This document shows, in pieces, positions 30,963 through 34,800 of a stretch of 34,800 nt of DNA. The stretch is taken from positions 1 to 34,800 of the forward strand of contig JWZX01002447.1 of the NCBI GenBank assembly GCA_001275005.1, written 5' to 3'. Position 1 is the first letter of the stretch. Every line of letters starts with the position of its first letter. A program made the translations under genes and the position numbers. This DNA is from Chrysochromulina tobinii (lineage: Eukaryota). The notes under the pieces were generated by a model that worked only from the letters and a program-made list of their open reading frames with translations, ran no database searches and had not been told where the DNA came from.

Positions 30963-33900
30963 ATGGCGGCGAGGCTCCTCTCGTTGCTGCTCATGGGCGC
31001 CACGTACCAGTACACCACCGCTTTCCGCGCGTACATGGATGAGATCGACATGCCGGACGCGCCCCCAGAGTTCGTGCGCAAGCGCGTCGCCACCACCCGG
31101 CAGGAGAATTCGGCACCTGCTTTCTCCTCCGAAAAAGAGGAGCATGAGTCTTGTGCAGAGTTTGACCATGACAAGACTATTGACCATTTGCTACCAGGGT
31201 ACGGATCTAACATGCTTCACGAGGCGGCCGTGATGGGCATGAAGGACGAGGTTGCCGTGATTCTGGAAATGGGAGCTGATCCAAATGTTCTCACCATCCA
31301 GGGCTCACCGTCTGGTCCAGGCAGCAGTGCTCTAATCCTAGCATCAGAAAAAGGGCACACCGAGATCGTTTCCCTGCTCTTGGCCGCTGGCGCAGCTGTC
31401 GACGTTCAAAACAAAGAACATGGCAACACCGCTCTGTTTCTCGCAGCTACACTGGGATACACGCGGATCGTGCAGCTGCTGCTTGCTGCTAAGCCAGGCA
31501 TTGAAATACGCGGGTTTAGTGGGCAGGATACACCGCTCACGCGAGCGAGCTTCGAAGGCCACGCTGACGTGGTTGAGCTCCTCCTCGAGGCAGGTGCAAA
31601 CGTCTCGGCACCGACCACGTGGACGTCTCAAGATGGCCTTTGGACAGGGGGCAACGCGTTGGTGCAGGCGGTTCAAGGCTACTATGTGAGGCGTGGAGAA
31701 GACGTCCAATACCTGGGAGAGGATTCTACGAGTCAGCTGGAGGCGCGAATCGTGGCTATGCTGCTTGATGCCGGCGCAGATTCGACGGCACGCGACCGCT
31801 TCGGCTCCACGCCTCTCATTGTAGCTGCTGCTTCCGGCAGCGTCCTTGTCGTGAAGGAGCTGCTCCGACATCGAAGTGCTGCGGAACTGTCTATCAACGT
31901 ATCAACCTACAGGGAAGACGATACCGCCATTGGCTACGCTGCCAGCTACGGGTTTGTTGAAATCGCGAGGGTGCTGCTAGATGCTGGCGCAGACCCTTCT
32001 GTGAAGAATCGAAAAGGCATGGATGCCATGGACTTGGCCAGGACGCCAACTCCCCACATGAGAAGTGAGCAGTACAAGGATCTCACCGCTCGCCGGAAGC
32101 GAATCGTTCAGATGCTCCGCGCTCACACGCCCAAGCTGCCGCCATCCGGCTCCGGACGAGTTGGCAGCCCTGCCAACCATGAAGGCCAAACACGTCACGT
32201 CATCCAGAGGGCAGAAATGGGTGGAGAAGGCTCGAAGCTCGAGGAATTGTTCACACAGCTGGTGTGGTTGTTCTTTGTGCTTGCGGCGTTGCTCCTCGGG
32301 CTTGGGGCGTTGTGCGGGTATGGGTTTCGAGCACTGTGCACAGGGGGCAGCTTCGGCTGGGTTGCCGCAGGAGCAACTGCAGTGCTCGTGGCATACATCG
32401 CAGGTTACCTACGCCTTCTGTCAGCCGCGGCCATCATCGTGTGCAGCGCAAGCTGTATGTTCAGGCGGCATGCAGCTCACATTCAGAATCCGAGGGCTCT
32501 CATCTGGGCTCTATGCCGAGATACCGTCGCGTGCGGGGTCTGGCTAGCCGCAGAGGGGCGGTTCTGGCTCCGAGTTCTCCGATGGAACACGAATGAAGAT
32601 GGCGCGGTAGCTTTTCTACCTGAACACCGCGGCAGACGCCGCAGAGGCCGCGGTCGAGCGCGCACAAGAGAGGGGCCGACAGCACAGCGAGAAGAAAGCG
32701 GCACTGCGCCGTCCCCGGACGCTCCTGCTGTCAAGTGCGGCGCAGGCGAGCCGCAGTGGTGGCTCGATTTGGAGAGGTTCTATGCTGATCTCGAAGCAGC
32801 AGCCCGTGTGGAGAAGCTGGACTACCTGTGCTCTATCACGAACGAAATCATGCGCAACCCCGCGGCGCTGGTGGATGGCGACGTGTTCCAGCACGTGTAC
32901 GAGTACGACGCGATCGCATTGTGGATGACTGATAACTGCATCGACCCGCGCAGCGGGGTATCGATAGACCCTACCCGCTGCGCCTTAATTCGCGACAAGC
33001 GGCTGGAGCGAGAGATTCGCAGCTGGTGTGAAGACAAGGCCCTCTCCTGGCGCATTCAGCTCAACTCGGGCTCCGAGGCACCCATGCCTAGAAGGAGCCT
33101 CCATGTCTTTGTGGACCATTCCAACGTCGCTGTGGGGGCTGCGAGGCTCGGCAAGCAGTTGGACGTTATGCACCTCGTACGGCATGTAGAGGGGCTGCGT
33201 GACGTCAAAGAACGCGTAGTGATCGGCTCCCACGAGGCCGAGCGCGCGCGGCATGAGTGGGAGCGGCACGGGTATTCAGTCTCTGCAGACTCCCGACATG
33301 GGCCGGAGCGATTTGTGGACGATGCGTTGCACGCGCAGCTCATGCGAACTGCGGCAAAAGCGTTTGACCCACCACGCGTGATAGCCCTCGTGACGGGCGA
33401 CGGCAACCGCAACGACGGGCGCACGAACTTCCCTGAGTGCGTCGAGGAAGCTTTGAGACAGCGCTGGCACGTGGAGCTCTACTCGTGGCGGCAGCAAACG
33501 AGTAACGTGTACGCGGTGCTCGCGGAGCAGTACGCAGGGCACTTTTGCATCTGCTATCTGGATGACATGGAGGGGCTAGGCTCCGGTGCTGCAAGTACAT
33601 CTGTGGCATGGCATGATGAGACGTATGACGAGGAGGAGGCAGAGGGCGCGCACAAGCAGCACGCGCCGAAGAAGAAAGCGAGCAAGAAAACCAAGGCGAA
33701 GCAGGCAGGGGCGTGCGAGGCGAGAGCGCCGGTAGCGAGTGCGTCAGCGGCCGAGCCCCCCAAGGCGGAGGAGCCCCTCAGGGGGGAGGAGCCCCCCAAG
33801 GCGGTGGAGGCTCTGCTGGAGGCGACCGCAGCGGCAGAGGCGGCCGTTGCGGAGTCGGCAGCCGCGGAGAAGGCCGAGGTGGCCGAGGCGGCCGCGGCAG

Positions 33901-34322
33901 CGGCGGCTGAGCAGGCGGCAAAGGAGGTCGAGGAGGCCGCAGTACGGGTAGCAGCGGCGGAGGCCGTGCAGGCAGCCATGGCGGAGCTGGAGAGGGTTGA
34001 GGTGGAGAGAGCGCAGCTGGAGAGGGCGGAGGCGGAGAGGGCGGAGGCGGAGAGGGCGGAGGCGGAGAGGGCGGAGGCGGAGAGGGCGGAGGCGGAGAGG
34101 GCGGAGGCGGAGAGGGCGGAGGCGGAGAGGACGGAGGCGGAGCGCGTCCCAGCCCTGGCCGTGGCAGAAATAGCTGGCCGCGGCGGGCGAGGGGGTCGAG
34201 GGGGGCGTGGAGGGCGCGGTGGGCGAGGTCAAACTACGGTCTATCCGTCGCCCCCTGCCCCTGCGCCACCAACGGCCCCAGCACCGGCTGCAGATTTGAT
34301 GGGGTACCATGCGGATGCATAA
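30963..34322 (+). CDS. Multidomain protein: signal peptide, ankyrin repeats, TM helices, U-box, NYN/PIN ribonuclease domain, (AEAER)n helix, RGG box
   Basis: About 7 ankyrin repeats (e.g. GNTALFLAATLGYTRIVQLLL, DTPLTRASFEGHADVVELLLEAGA). U-box YLCSITNEIMRNP...YEYDAI..W....IDP. NYN HVFVDHSN...VDDAL...LVTGDGN...F...W.VELYSW. Confidence 0.88.
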   Translation: MAARLLSLLLMGATYQYTTAFRAYMDEIDMPDAPPEFVRKRVATTRQENSAPAFSSEKEEHESCAEFDHDKTIDHLLPGYGSNMLHEAAVMGMKDEVAVILEMGADPNVLTIQGSPSGPGSSALILASEKGHTEIVSLLLAAGAAVDVQNKEHGNTALFLAATLGYTRIVQLLLAAKPGIEIRGFSGQDTPLTRASFEGHADVVELLLEAGANVSAPTTWTSQDGLWTGGNALVQAVQGYYVRRGEDVQYLGEDSTSQLEARIVAMLLDAGADSTARDRFGSTPLIVAAASGSVLVVKELLRHRSAAELSINVSTYREDDTAIGYAASYGFVEIARVLLDAGADPSVKNRKGMDAMDLARTPTPHMRSEQYKDLTARRKRIVQMLRAHTPKLPPSGSGRVGSPANHEGQTRHVIQRAEMGGEGSKLEELFTQLVWLFFVLAALLLGLGALCGYGFRALCTGGSFGWVAAGATAVLVAYIAGYLRLLSAAAIIVCSASCMFRRHAAHIQNPRALIWALCRDTVACGVWLAAEGRFWLRVLRWNTNEDGAVAFLPEHRGRRRRGRGRARTREGPTAQREESGTAPSPDAPAVKCGAGEPQWWLDLERFYADLEAAARVEKLDYLCSITNEIMRNPAALVDGDVFQHVYEYDAIALWMTDNCIDPRSGVSIDPTRCALIRDKRLEREIRSWCEDKALSWRIQLNSGSEAPMPRRSLHVFVDHSNVAVGAARLGKQLDVMHLVRHVEGLRDVKERVVIGSHEAERARHEWERHGYSVSADSRHGPERFVDDALHAQLMRTAAKAFDPPRVIALVTGDGNRNDGRTNFPECVEEALRQRWHVELYSWRQQTSNVYAVLAEQYAGHFCICYLDDMEGLGSGAASTSVAWHDETYDEEEAEGAHKQHAPKKKASKKTKAKQAGACEARAPVASASAAEPPKAEEPLRGEEPPKAVEALLEATAAAEAAVAESAAAEKAEVAEAAAAAAAEQAAKEVEEAAVRVAAAEAVQAAMAELERVEVERAQLERAEAERAEAERAEAERAEAERAEAERAEAERAEAERTEAERVPALAVAEIAGRGGRGGRGGRGGRGGRGQTTVYPSPPAPAPPTAPAPAADLMGYHADA
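34018..34141 (+). repeat. Coding 15-bp tandem repeat encoding (ERAEA)x8
   Basis: GGAGAGGGCGGAGGC units. Confidence 0.95.
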
Positions 34323-34711
34323 CGGGAGATATGCTGCTCACGTTTCAGGTTCCAAGGGAATCTCGAAACTGTTTGATGCGCATCCCGATGTAATTCCAGC
34401 GGGAGACACGGACAGGGTGCATACACCTCGTTTCGGGGAGATCCTCGAACGACGGTGACTCTCATGTCTAGCTCTCAGTCGAGAGCTAAGTGGTCCCGCC
34501 CACCCACCGCGATAGGAAGCCTGGTCTAGCTCGTAGCTTTAGCAGGGACCGGGTTGTCGCGCTCACCAGGCTGCTTGTGTAGCTCTGATGAACAGCAATT
34601 CAAGTCAAACACGCGACCAAATTTTCTGGGGGGAGAGGGTGTTAACGTTCACGCATCCCTCCCCGTCTGTTCACGGGTTCACGCATCTCCCTCCTGGCCC
34701 TCTCCACGAAC

Positions 34712-34800
34712 ATGACGACCTGGAGCGTGGAATACAACGGACGATTCGAACCCTTTGATGCCGTGGCATCGGAGCGCCTCGAGTCTGCGTATCAAATGGC
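34712..34800 (+). CDS. 5' start of a probable WWE-domain protein (partial)
   Basis: Manual translation MTTWSVEYNGRFEPFDAVASERLESAYQM fits the WWE pattern W..e..g.(W/F).P(Y/F)d...s..LE.AY. Only 29 codons are visible. Confidence 0.6.
   Translation, partial: MTTWSVEYNGRFEPFDAVASERLESAYQM

Noticed and set aside
1..34800. tRNA/rRNA genes, telomeric repeats, prokaryotic operon or defence island
   Set aside because: None recognised by eye; introns and gene content indicate eukaryotic nuclear DNA.

Overview
GC-rich, gene-dense eukaryotic DNA, most plausibly a haptophyte alga (Chrysochromulina/Emiliania-like). This is inferred from secondary-plastid-type targeting peptides, a GC-AG intron filled with a (CTCTGATGAC)n satellite, a multi-AP2 protein and short head-to-head promoters. 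It holds about 15 host genes: a partial coiled-coil gene, a lumenal FKBP, a small Cys-motif ORF, a MATE transporter, a giant coiled-coil/filamin-repeat/IQ protein, an OSCA/TMEM63 channel, a triple-AP2 protein, the GOS1 SNARE, three unknown proteins, a SnoaL-like protein, a NIPA Mg transporter, an ankyrin-TM-U-box-NYN protein and the start of a WWE-domain gene. There is also an RT-less, apparently 5'-truncated RLE-type non-LTR retroelement with an unusual C-terminal coiled-coil/zinc module. Best leads: (1) a receptor-like protein with signal peptide, ankyrin repeats, TM helices, U-box and NYN ribonuclease; (2) three of four inferred introns are bounded by direct repeats that span the splice sites; (3) the architecture and flanks of the retroelement; (4) a 43-bp motif at a similar distance upstream of two coiled-coil genes. 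All domain calls come from motif recognition by eye; no searches were run.
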